Assembly (NCBI GenBank): GCA_965215365.1
Contig: CBDCDS010000003.1
Location: 2,568,992 to 2,632,991, forward strand
Direction: 5' to 3'
Origin: Gammaproteobacteria bacterium
GTDB taxonomy: Bacteria; Pseudomonadota; Gammaproteobacteria; Eutrophobiales; Eutrophobiaceae
DNA: 64,000 bases
The notes beneath the pieces are model-generated. The model was given only the letters and a program-made list of their open reading frames with translations. It had not been told where the DNA came from and searched no databases. Shown here piece by piece: positions 10,319 to 19,249 of this stretch. Made by a program: the position numbers and the translations under genes. The stretch's first letter is position 1. Each line of letters opens with the position of its first letter.

Positions 10319-12637
10319 ATGTCAGCAGACCGGACTCCAAGACTAGAGCGCAAGCTCATCTACTGGTCGGTGCAGGTGTTCATCATTCTGTACCTGACGG
10401 TGGCCGCCATTATCATCTACAAGGAAACCCTGGATTTCAATGCCGACACCGAATTTTATTCAGCCATTATCTCCGCGGAAGTCAGGGCTGATTTTCTGGA
10501 AAATATCCGCAAGTTCGAAAATTATGTCAAGCGCCGGGTAACGGATTTCCAGTTGTCGGCACTGGCGGCTGACCCTGCCGGAATGCTTGCCGGCTTGGCC
10601 CCGCAGGTGCCGCCGGGACTAGATTGGCTAGTCATGTCGCAAGAGACGCGCACCGACATCCGGGTGACCCGCTACCATGCCACAAGCCAGACCTTGGCAC
10701 CGGCCAGCCGCACTGAGCCGGCCGACGCAATGTTGACGCAGACGCTGCAACGCAGGTTTTTTGACGGTGGCCTGAACGACGGCTGGGGCGCGCCGCTGTT
10801 GGGGAACGATGCCAACTGGCTCTTGCCTTATGCCGTGAAACTGGACGGGTTGCGGTTGTTGATCATGCTGACGCCGCTGGAATTTTTTTTCAGCGGCACT
10901 ACGGTCTGTTATGAGCAGGATGAGTTGCAGCGGTTATTGGCGACAGACCCTGACCCGGCCGCCGCGGACAATGTGTCCACGCCGCGCCTCGCAGCCGTGC
11001 GCAGCCTCTATGCCGACTCCGCCGGCACCTCGGGAGCTTCGCTCGGGCACTGCCTTAACGTTATCGAAAAAGACGTTGTTATGGAGTTCATGCCGGCGGT
11101 GAAGTGGTATGACCTGCTGTCGCTACCGGACTTTATCAGGACTTACTACCACACCGCAGTGCCCGGTCTGGTGCTTGGTATTGAGTACGACACCGCCGAT
11201 TTGTATGACGAGCTGCGAACTTACCTGCTCTGGGTGATGGCGCTGCTGCTCTGTGTGTTTGGCCTGATTATGCTGGTTATCCGGCGGCTGGCCAGGAAAA
11301 TCCTGCGTTCGCTCATCGAGCTGCTTGCCACGGCCAGGGAAATCAGCGAAGGACACCTGGAGACGCGCCTGCCCGAGCGCCAGGATTACCTGGAGCTGGC
11401 GCAGTTCGCCCGGCTGGTCAACAACCTGATTGAACGCTTGCAAGTACAGGTGGAGCGGTTGCACCGGGAAACCATGAAATCCGCGGCGCTGGATAATGAG
11501 CTTGCCATCGCCGGCCGGATCCAGCAAGAGCTGGTGACACAATACGACCTTGAAGAGCTCAATAACCGTTTCAGTTGCGATATCGGCGCCTTCCTGGCGC
11601 CGGCCAAACAAGTCGCCGGTGACTTTTACTGTCTGGCGCCGCGCCCGGACGGTAAATTGCTGTTTGCCATCGGTGACGTCTCCGGCAAGGGCATTGCCGC
11701 AGCTATCGTTGCCCGGGACTGTGTCAATCTGCTTATGACCAACGGCAAGCGCCTGGGTCTGGCCGACCTGTTGCAGGTTACCAACACCACCTTGTACGAA
11801 CGCTTTGCCAGCCAGTCCATGTTTGCCACCTTGTATTGTTGTCTGCTCGACCCCAGGCGTGGTCTGCTGGAACACGCTGACGCCGGCCACGAAAACCCCC
11901 TGCTGTACCAAAAGCGCGACGCCGCCATTGGTCGCTTGCCCGTGGCGCGTAATATCGCACTCGGCTTTTTGCCCGATGCAATCTATGAGACCAGTGCGCA
12001 ACAGCTGGCCGCAGACCATTGCCTGTTGCTTTATTCAGATGGTCTGGACGGCGGCCTGGAACAGATACGCGCGTCACGCGGGCTGCCGCTGGGTGTTACG
12101 CTGCTCACCAACGCGGCGCTGAAAAACGTGGAGATGCAAACGCTGTTGCAGTGTGTTTACAAGCAGGCGCTGGAATTGCAGGATAACCGCGCCTATGATG
12201 ACATCACTATGGTCGGCGTGTCCATGCAGCAACGCGGTTATAAATCCTTTCAGCTGCCGCCGGGGCCGGAGGCGGCCGGCACCGCCATTGTGCGCTTGCG
12301 TGAGCTGTGCGCGACACGCGCGCTGTCCGCCGAATGCAGTAACCGGCTCTGTGTCATACTGGATGAATGGGTGAGTAACCTGGTGCGCTATGCCGAGGTT
12401 GACAGCGATATTATCGTATCCTGGCTGGTTGCGGAGACCGAGGTTGTGCTGGAAATTGTCGCACGCTGTAATAACATTCTGAACCCGCTGCAACAGCCGC
12501 AGCCGGAGGTGGAGGCGCGCTTGCAGTCCGAGGCAGTCGGTGGTTTTGGTCTGCATATCATTCGCAAGCTGGCGAGCGAACTGGTTTTTGACGTAACTGA
12601 ACGCTGGACCAGGCTGGAGGCGCGGGTCGCACCATGA
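10319..12637 (+). CDS. Membrane sensor: TM-periplasmic-TM-HAMP-SpoIIE/PP2C phosphatase-HATPase_c (RsbU-RsbW-like fusion)
   Basis: 'VAGDFY', 'IGDVSGKG', 'AGH', 'YSDGL', 'DDIT' PP2C motifs; C-terminal 'LDEWVSNLVRYA' and 'GGFGLHII' anti-sigma-kinase motifs. Confidence 0.85.
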   Translation: MSADRTPRLERKLIYWSVQVFIILYLTVAAIIIYKETLDFNADTEFYSAIISAEVRADFLENIRKFENYVKRRVTDFQLSALAADPAGMLAGLAPQVPPGLDWLVMSQETRTDIRVTRYHATSQTLAPASRTEPADAMLTQTLQRRFFDGGLNDGWGAPLLGNDANWLLPYAVKLDGLRLLIMLTPLEFFFSGTTVCYEQDELQRLLATDPDPAAADNVSTPRLAAVRSLYADSAGTSGASLGHCLNVIEKDVVMEFMPAVKWYDLLSLPDFIRTYYHTAVPGLVLGIEYDTADLYDELRTYLLWVMALLLCVFGLIMLVIRRLARKILRSLIELLATAREISEGHLETRLPERQDYLELAQFARLVNNLIERLQVQVERLHRETMKSAALDNELAIAGRIQQELVTQYDLEELNNRFSCDIGAFLAPAKQVAGDFYCLAPRPDGKLLFAIGDVSGKGIAAAIVARDCVNLLMTNGKRLGLADLLQVTNTTLYERFASQSMFATLYCCLLDPRRGLLEHADAGHENPLLYQKRDAAIGRLPVARNIALGFLPDAIYETSAQQLAADHCLLLYSDGLDGGLEQIRASRGLPLGVTLLTNAALKNVEMQTLLQCVYKQALELQDNRAYDDITMVGVSMQQRGYKSFQLPPGPEAAGTAIVRLRELCATRALSAECSNRLCVILDEWVSNLVRYAEVDSDIIVSWLVAETEVVLEIVARCNNILNPLQQPQPEVEARLQSEAVGGFGLHIIRKLASELVFDVTERWTRLEARVAP

Positions 12638-12643
12638 ACTCTC

Positions 12644-13966
12644 ATGCGTTATAACCTTGCCTACATTACCGATACGATTCAGAAAGTGACGCAGGAAGCC
12701 CGCTTGTTTCAGCTGCATGGCAAGGTCACCAAAGTCACCGGCACCTTGATCCGGGCGAGTGTGCCGAATGCGCAAATCGGCGAACTCAGCGTGTTGCACA
12801 GCCCCAATTCGAGCGTCGATGTGCCGGCGGAAGTGGTCGGGTTTGACGGACGCGAAGCCATACTCAGCCCGGTCGGCAGTATGCTGGGTGTCTCCAACGC
12901 CACGCTGGTGTCGCTGACCGGGACTGTGCAGAGTGTGCCGGTGGGTCCGCAGTTATTGGGCAAGGTACTGGACGGCCTGGGTAATCCCATCGGTGCCCCG
13001 CCCATCAAGACCAACATCTGCTACCCGGTGATGGCACCGCCGCCGGACCCGATGAGGCGCAAAATCATTGACAAGCCGGTCACCACCGGGCTGCGCGCGC
13101 TGGACAGTTGCATCACCCTGGGCGAAGGGCAGCGTATGGGTATTTTCGCCGCCGCCGGGGTGGGCAAGAGTACCTTGTTGTCAATGCTGGTGCGGCATAC
13201 CGACACCGAGGTCGTGGTGCTGGCGCTGATCGGCGAGCGCGGCCGGGAAGTGCGCGAGTTTATTGAACATGACATCGGCACCGAAGGGTTGCAACGTTCG
13301 GTGCTGGTCGTCGCCACTTCGGATAAAAATTCCTTAGAACGCCTGAAGGCTGCCTACGTGGCCACGGCCATTGCCGAATATTTCCGCGATCAGGGTAAGC
13401 GCGTGCTGCTGCTGATGGATTCCGTGACCCGTTTTGCCCGCGCCCAGCGCGAGATCGGACTGGCCATCGGTGAGCCGCCCACCCGGCGTGGTTTTCCGCC
13501 GTCGGTGTTCAGCGAGTTGCCGAAACTGCTGGAGCGGGCCGGTAATTCCGACAAAGGCTCCATCACTGCGCTTTATACGGTGCTGGTGGAAGGCGATGAC
13601 ATGACCGAGCCCGTCGCCGATGAGACCCGCTCGATTCTCGATGGTCACATCATCCTGTCCCGGCAACTGGCTGAATCCGGCCATTACCCCGCCATCGACG
13701 TCACCGCCAGTGTCAGTCGCGTGATGCCGGCTATCACCGACCCGGAACACCAGCGTTTGAACCTGCGCATGCGCGAATTGTTGACCAAACGCAAGGAAGT
13801 GGACCTGCTGGTTAAGGTGGGCGAGTATAAGTCCGGGGCGGATAAACTGGCGGATGAAGCCATCGCCAAAAACGATCAGCTGGTTAAGTTTCTGCGCCAG
13901 CAGCGCGATGACGTGGCGCCTATGGACGCGGCGCTGGAGCGCTTGCGCGCCATTATTGACGGTTGA
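12644..13966 (+). CDS. sctN: T3SS ATPase (YscN family)
   Basis: Walker A 'AAAGVGKST', 'LIGERGREV', '[10 protein letters not shown]', 'GHYPAIDV'. Confidence 0.96.
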   Translation: MRYNLAYITDTIQKVTQEARLFQLHGKVTKVTGTLIRASVPNAQIGELSVLHSPNSSVDVPAEVVGFDGREAILSPVGSMLGVSNATLVSLTGTVQSVPVGPQLLGKVLDGLGNPIGAPPIKTNICYPVMAPPPDPMRRKIIDKPVTTGLRALDSCITLGEGQRMGIFAAAGVGKSTLLSMLVRHTDTEVVVLALIGERGREVREFIEHDIGTEGLQRSVLVVATSDKNSLERLKAAYVATAIAEYFRDQGKRVLLLMDSVTRFARAQREIGLAIGEPPTRRGFPPSVFSELPKLLERAGNSDKGSITALYTVLVEGDDMTEPVADETRSILDGHIILSRQLAESGHYPAIDVTASVSRVMPAITDPEHQRLNLRMRELLTKRKEVDLLVKVGEYKSGADKLADEAIAKNDQLVKFLRQQRDDVAPMDAALERLRAIIDG

Positions 13967-14447
13967 TGCTGCCGTGGTGCTGGAACAGATTCTAGGCATT
14001 AAACAACGCCGTGCAGACGCGACCGTCAGGACCGAACTGCAATCCAGGCTGGAGCTGGAGCAGGCCGCCGGCGCGCTGCGCGCCGAGCAGCAACGCAAGC
14101 AGGAGTACCAGGACTGGTCGGTCGGCGAGCGCCGGCGTCTGTACACGGAGTTGCAGGAGCACGGCGCCGTGACGTACAACGAGCTGATGCAGTGGAACGC
14201 GCAAGTGGCCGACATCAAACAGGGACTGCTGGATATTGAGGCCGGTATCATGCGGCTGGAGCAGGAGCGTCAGCAAAAAATGGACGCGCACCAGACGGCG
14301 CTGACGGCCAGACACGAGGCCCGCCGGCAGGTACTGAAATTTACCGAGCTGGTGGACGCGCAACGGTTCGACGCCCTGCTCGCGCGGCAGGCCCGCGAAG
14401 AAAAGGAACTGGAAGATTTTCGACGCCCTGAGTCTCATAGCTATTGA
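13956..14447 (+). CDS. sctO: T3SS stalk protein (YscO-like coiled coil); last codons derive from an IS end
   Basis: Coiled-coil ORF directly after sctN ending '...EEKELEDF'; probable TTG start at 13956. Confidence 0.75.
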   Translation: MTVDAAVVLEQILGIKQRRADATVRTELQSRLELEQAAGALRAEQQRKQEYQDWSVGERRRLYTELQEHGAVTYNELMQWNAQVADIKQGLLDIEAGIMRLEQERQQKMDAHQTALTARHEARRQVLKFTELVDAQRFDALLARQAREEKELEDFRRPESHSY

Positions 14448-14456
14448 ACCTGGACA
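14428..14456 (+). mobile_element. Solo right-end remnant of the IS481-family element
   Basis: ctgagtctcatagctattgaacctggaca is 27/29 identical to the IS right end ctgagtctcatatgtattgaacctggaca (53520-53548). Confidence 0.85.
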
Positions 14457-14461
14457 CACTG

Positions 14462-14490
14462 TTGACAACCACTCGGATTTGTTGTACTAT
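14462..14490 (+). promoter_or_regulatory. sigma70-type promoter of sterol operon
   Basis: TTGACA (14462-14467), 17 nt, TACTAT (14485-14490), 45 nt before the GTG at 14536. Confidence 0.75.
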
Positions 14491-14535
14491 CGCCTCGGTC
14501 TCAATTAACAAAACAGTCAGAAGCGAACTCCTAAC

Positions 14536-15636
14536 GTGCCCACCGAAACATCAACCGCCTCAGCTGCGCCGCCGGTTTTCCTCACCGGCGCGGCCGGTCA
14601 TGTCGGCGCCAACCTGTTGCGACGCTTGCTTGATGATGGCGTGCGCGTGCGGGTATTGCTGCGCCATGAGGACAATAACGAGGGCCTGGAAGGTCTTGAC
14701 GTTGAACGCGTGTACGGCGATATCCGTAATCTCGATGAGACCCGGCGCGCGCTGGAGGGTTGTCAGGGTGTTTACCACGTTGCCGCCAAAATTTCGACCA
14801 TTGAAGGCAATCTGGCGCACCGCCGGGAAATATACGAGTGCAATGTGATCGGTACCCGCAACGTGCTGCAGGCGGCACGCGAAACTGAAGCCGGCCGGGT
14901 GGTAGTAACCGGCTCGTTCAGCGCCGTGGGATACGATCTGGACAACCCGTCCGCACCCGCGCACGAAAACATGCAGTTCTACCCCATGGAGCGCACCATG
15001 CCTTACGAGCGCAGCAAGTCATTGGTGGAGCATGAGTGCTGGCGCGCCGCGGCCAGGGGCCAGGATGTGGTCGTCGCCACCTGTTGCGCAGTAGTTGGCG
15101 GCGCGGATTTCTTCCCGTCGCGCCTGGGCCGCACCTTGTGCGACTATTCCCACGGCAAACTGCGCGCGTATATCGAGGGCGGTTTCGAGTTTGTCGCAGC
15201 CAGAGACATCGTAGCAGGGCATGTGTTGTGCATGCACAAAGGACGCTCCGGAGAAAAGTATATCTTCAGCAGCGAATACAAGACCATCTCCGAGATCGTG
15301 GCCATGTTCGAAGAGGTGTCGGGCGTGCCGCAACCCGCGCGCCGGATTCCGTCGCCGGTGATGCTGGTCTTCTCAGAGGTGGCCAGCTTTTACCTGAGTC
15401 GCGCGCACCCGGACTTCCCCCAGCGCTTTACGCCCGGCGCCATCCGCCTGCTGCGTAAGCGCCTGCATGCCAATACCAGCAAGGCCCGACAGGAATTGGG
15501 CTACCAGCCCACCAGCATCCGGGATGCCATGCACGAGGCCTACGCGTTTCATTATCACCAGCGCAAGGTGATTACCAATCCCGCGGCGCGACCGCCGCGC
15601 GCCAACGGCGCGGAATCGACGCATGGGGCGCAATAG
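14536..15636 (+). CDS. NAD(P)-dependent 3-beta-HSD/decarboxylase-like SDR (SdmB-like sterol C-4 demethylation)
   Basis: 'TGAAGHVG' Rossmann motif, YxxxK 'YERSK'; adjacent to Rieske oxygenase in sterol operon. Confidence 0.75.
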   Translation: MPTETSTASAAPPVFLTGAAGHVGANLLRRLLDDGVRVRVLLRHEDNNEGLEGLDVERVYGDIRNLDETRRALEGCQGVYHVAAKISTIEGNLAHRREIYECNVIGTRNVLQAARETEAGRVVVTGSFSAVGYDLDNPSAPAHENMQFYPMERTMPYERSKSLVEHECWRAAARGQDVVVATCCAVVGGADFFPSRLGRTLCDYSHGKLRAYIEGGFEFVAARDIVAGHVLCMHKGRSGEKYIFSSEYKTISEIVAMFEEVSGVPQPARRIPSPVMLVFSEVASFYLSRAHPDFPQRFTPGAIRLLRKRLHANTSKARQELGYQPTSIRDAMHEAYAFHYHQRKVITNPAARPPRANGAESTHGAQ

Positions 15637-15678
15637 GGCGGGTGTGCCATTCATTATCAATGCGCTTGAGAGGACAAT

Positions 15679-16821
15679 ATGATAAGCTTGGAAAACACAC
15701 AAGTCACCGCTGTTGACGACTCCATGCCGGCATCGGAGGCGCCGCCTGGCTTCGCTGACGGCGGCACCCTGCGACAACAATCACGCGCGGCAGGGATGGA
15801 CCCGGATTACTGGTACGCGGTGGAAGAGGTGCGTAATGTCAAGCCGGGGCAGGTCGTGGAAGTCGTCTTCTGGAAACGTTCCATCGCTCTGTTTCGTACC
15901 GACGAAGGTTCATTTCACGCAGTTGAGAACCGCTGCATTCATCGCCAGCTGAAGCTGTCCCTAGGCAATGTGGAAGGTTGTCGGCTGGTATGCGCCTATC
16001 ATGGCTGGCAGTATGATAAAAACGGCCGTTGTGTCGAAACCACGCACAACCGCTTCGGCAAAGAGCTCCCGGAACTTGGATTGAAGACCTACCCGGTGCA
16101 GGTGCGTTATGGCCTGGTATGGTTGTTTCCGGGCGACCCGGCACAGGCGCAGCAACGCCAAATCCCGGAAATTCCTGAGCTGGAAGGGCCCGATCGCTGG
16201 GCCTGTGAGCCGCTGGTTCTCAATTTTTCGGCGCACCACTCGATGGTCATCGACAATGTCAGCGACTTTACCCACGCTTGGCTGCATCGCCGCTACAAGC
16301 CGTTTGAACAAGGCGCAGTACTCACCGAGCACGAGGTCGTCGGCGACAATGTGCACCTGTCTTACGACACCAAGGTCGGACGCGGGCGCATCTCCGGACT
16401 GTTTGTCGATCATGAGCGCCTCAATACCAACCACATGAAGCTGTGCTACCAGTACCCCTACCAGTGGTCCAACACCGATGACGAGATCAAACACTGGTTA
16501 TTCGTACTGCCGATCGACGAGCGCACCACCCGCTCTTTCTTCCTGTTTTACTTCAAGTCGCTGAAAATTCCATTGCTGCCGATACGCATCCCCCGGATTG
16601 CCATGGAGGCGGTGATAAAGATCTCAAACCGCATACTGATCGGCCCCCTGCTGGACCAGGACCGGGTGGCGGTGGAGGCCGAACAGGAAGGTTATGACAG
16701 CCACTGGCACGCCCGTTCCGTCGAGTATAACCCGGTGGTGCAATCGTTCCAGCGTGTGACCGTACGCAAGTGGCGAGAATACCTGGAGCGGACCTCGAGC
16801 AACGGCAGTGCTGATGCCTGA
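15679..16821 (+). CDS. Rieske non-heme oxygenase (SdmA-like sterol C-4 methyl oxidase)
   Basis: Rieske 'CIH...CAYH' and mononuclear Fe 'DNVSDFTHAWLH...D' motifs; operon context. Confidence 0.75.
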   Translation: MISLENTQVTAVDDSMPASEAPPGFADGGTLRQQSRAAGMDPDYWYAVEEVRNVKPGQVVEVVFWKRSIALFRTDEGSFHAVENRCIHRQLKLSLGNVEGCRLVCAYHGWQYDKNGRCVETTHNRFGKELPELGLKTYPVQVRYGLVWLFPGDPAQAQQRQIPEIPELEGPDRWACEPLVLNFSAHHSMVIDNVSDFTHAWLHRRYKPFEQGAVLTEHEVVGDNVHLSYDTKVGRGRISGLFVDHERLNTNHMKLCYQYPYQWSNTDDEIKHWLFVLPIDERTTRSFFLFYFKSLKIPLLPIRIPRIAMEAVIKISNRILIGPLLDQDRVAVEAEQEGYDSHWHARSVEYNPVVQSFQRVTVRKWREYLERTSSNGSADA

Positions 16822-17887
16822 GGCGTTCTCGACACTGTCAGGCGGCGACCTGGTGGCGGCAGCGCTGATGCTGTTGGCGTTCGTCGGCTTGTTGTTCCTA
16901 GGTTCAATACTACTGCCGGGGGCGCAGGTGGAAGGTCGCCAAAGCAATTACCAGCTGAACGGACTGGTCCTGTTCCTACTGAGCCTGCTTGTGGTCGCGA
17001 TGGCTCAGGTTTTCGGCTGGTTTTCCCTGACCATACTGCATACCCACTTTGTTGAGTTGTTCATTGTAGCCAATATCTTTGCTTTTGCCGTTTCCGGCTG
17101 GCTGTACCTGCGCGGCGCCAGCGCGGCGGACCGGCCGGCGGGGTTTTTACGTGGGTTTTTCTTTGGCCGGGAACAGGACCCGGCCTGCTTCGGGGTGGAC
17201 CTGAAACTGTTCAGCTACCGCCCTTCCCTGATCGGGCTGGCGCTGCTCAACCTGTCGTTTGCGGTCGTGCAGTATGAAACTTATGGGACGCTGACTCCGG
17301 CCATGGCGTTGTATCAGGCATTTACCTTGCTGTATATATTCAACTACTTTCAGTTTGAACACGGCATGATATACACTTGGGATATCATCAGCGAGCGGCT
17401 TGGCTGGATGCTGGTCTGGGGCGACTATGTGTTGGTGCCATTTTTCTATTGCATCGCCGGCTGGTGGCTCATCGACGCGCCGGCGGCGCTGTTGTCTCCG
17501 GCCGCTGCGGCCGGAATTGTCGCGTTGTTCCTGTTCGGATTCTGGCTGTTCCGCGGTGCCAACGAGCAAAAACATCGGTTCAAGCAGGACTCCGCTACCA
17601 AAATCTGGGGCAAGCCGGCGCAGACGCTGGACGGACGCTTGCTGGTGTCCGGTTTCTGGGGCATCGGACGGCATCTGAACTACACCGGCGAGATCTGCGT
17701 GTATCTGGCGTTTGCGCTCACTACCGGGTTCGTATCTTGGATACCGTTCCTGTTGCCGCTGTGGCTGGCCTGTCTGCTGGTGCACCGGGCCTGGCGCGAT
17801 GAACAGCGCTGCCACGCCAAGTACGGGGAGCTGTGGGGGCGCTACAAGCAGCGCGCCCGTTTTTCCATGGTGCCATTTGTGTATTAA
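16808..17887 (+). CDS. ERG4/ERG24-family sterol reductase (probable Delta14-reductase)
   Basis: Polytopic; 'WDIISERLGWMLVWGD', 'FRGANEQKHRFK', 'LLVSGFWGIGRHLNYTGE', 'RDEQRCHAKYG'. Confidence 0.9.
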   Translation: MLMPEAFSTLSGGDLVAAALMLLAFVGLLFLGSILLPGAQVEGRQSNYQLNGLVLFLLSLLVVAMAQVFGWFSLTILHTHFVELFIVANIFAFAVSGWLYLRGASAADRPAGFLRGFFFGREQDPACFGVDLKLFSYRPSLIGLALLNLSFAVVQYETYGTLTPAMALYQAFTLLYIFNYFQFEHGMIYTWDIISERLGWMLVWGDYVLVPFFYCIAGWWLIDAPAALLSPAAAAGIVALFLFGFWLFRGANEQKHRFKQDSATKIWGKPAQTLDGRLLVSGFWGIGRHLNYTGEICVYLAFALTTGFVSWIPFLLPLWLACLLVHRAWRDEQRCHAKYGELWGRYKQRARFSMVPFVY

Positions 17888-17890
17888 CCG

Positions 17891-19249
17891 ATGAGCAACG
17901 TCCCCGCCCCTCAACTGTCCGGTAGCTGGCCGTTGCTCGGTCACCTGCCAGAGTTCTACCGGGAGCCGACGGTCATGCTGAGTCGGGCCTGGGGTGAGCA
18001 TGGTGAACTGGCGCACTTTCGCTTAGGTCCGCGCGCGTTCGTCCTGTTTACAGGGCCTAAAGCGCATGACCATTACTTCCGCGCGCCCGAGGAGCAGCTC
18101 GACCCTAGGGTAGTGTACCAATTCACCGTACCCATCTTCGGGCGCGGCGTAGCCTACGATGTTGCGCCCGAGCTCATGTCCGAACAAATCGGCTTCCTGT
18201 CCCCGTTATTGCGGGAAGCGTCCATGCGCAACTATATCAACATCATGTTTGACGAGGCGCGCGCCTTCGCGTCCGCCCTCGGCACAGAGGGCATTATTGA
18301 TCTGCCGCACGCGCTCAATGAACTGACCGTCAAAATTGCCAGCCGTTGTCTGCTTGGCGAGGAGGTGCGGGCGCAGGTGGATACAGGTTTTGCCGAGACC
18401 TACCACGAGCTGCAGAGCGGCATTAATGTGCTGGGCTTCTTCTTCCCCAAGGCGCCGATAGCGGCGCACCGGCGACGCGATCGGGCGCGGCGTGAAATAG
18501 CCAACACTTTTAGCGGGATTATGGCTGCGCGCAGACGTTCCGGCGCCACGCCGGAGGATTTCATGCAAGCGCTGATGCAAGCGCGTTACAAGAGTGGGCG
18601 CGCCTTGAGTGATGAAGAGATTACCGGCATTTTGCTTACGGTGTTGTTTGCCGGCCAGCACACCAGCGCCGTGCTCGGAGCCTGGACCGGCCTAGAATTA
18701 ATGCGCGCGCCGGACTATCTGCAGCAGGTCCGGGACGAGTTGCAGGAAGTCTATACTTCGACCGGCGAGATGAGCCTTGACAGTCTGAAAAAACAGCCCA
18801 AACTGGAAAACGCGGTGCGCGAGTGCGAACGGCTGCACCCGCCGCTGATCATATTGATCCGTAAAGTGTTGCAACCTATGCACTATGCCGGTCAGAGCGT
18901 GCCGGCCGGCACGCTGGCCATGGTGTCGCCAGCCGTTTCGCACCGGTTGCCACATGTGTTTCCCAACCCGGAACGCTTTGCCCCGGAGCGCTTTGCGCCC
19001 CCGTCAAGCGAACACAAACAGCACCACTACGCCTTGATTGGCTTTGGCGGCGGCAAACATCGTTGCGTGGGGGAACATTTTGCTTATATGCAACTCAAGG
19101 CGCTTTGGAGCGTGCTGTTGGACCGCTTCGATTTCCAGCTGGAAGGCGCTTTTCCCGCCCCCAACTACCGTAGTTGGGTCACCGGGCCCGTGGAACCTTG
19201 CCGGGTACGTTACCAACGCCGCGCGCAAACAAGCGTTTTCCGTCAATGA
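17891..19249 (+). CDS. cyp51: Sterol 14-alpha-demethylase cytochrome P450 (soluble, not ferredoxin-fused)
   Basis: 'YQFTVPIFGRGVAYD', I-helix 'AGQHTS', ExxR 'ECERLHPP', heme 'FGGGKHRCVG'. Confidence 0.92.
   Translation: MSNVPAPQLSGSWPLLGHLPEFYREPTVMLSRAWGEHGELAHFRLGPRAFVLFTGPKAHDHYFRAPEEQLDPRVVYQFTVPIFGRGVAYDVAPELMSEQIGFLSPLLREASMRNYINIMFDEARAFASALGTEGIIDLPHALNELTVKIASRCLLGEEVRAQVDTGFAETYHELQSGINVLGFFFPKAPIAAHRRRDRARREIANTFSGIMAARRRSGATPEDFMQALMQARYKSGRALSDEEITGILLTVLFAGQHTSAVLGAWTGLELMRAPDYLQQVRDELQEVYTSTGEMSLDSLKKQPKLENAVRECERLHPPLIILIRKVLQPMHYAGQSVPAGTLAMVSPAVSHRLPHVFPNPERFAPERFAPPSSEHKQHHYALIGFGGGKHRCVGEHFAYMQLKALWSVLLDRFDFQLEGAFPAPNYRSWVTGPVEPCRVRYQRRAQTSVFRQ

Noticed and set aside
7534-14447. 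Flagellar export genes (flhB, fliI)
   Set aside because: A secretin, YscD-like, YscE-like and SycD/CesT chaperones are present and no flagellar genes are, which indicates an injectisome.
19174-19245. Longer N-terminus of SE-OSC given by the ORF track
   Set aside because: It overlaps cyp51; ATG 19246 gives ATGA translational coupling and sits just before the GxGxxG motif.
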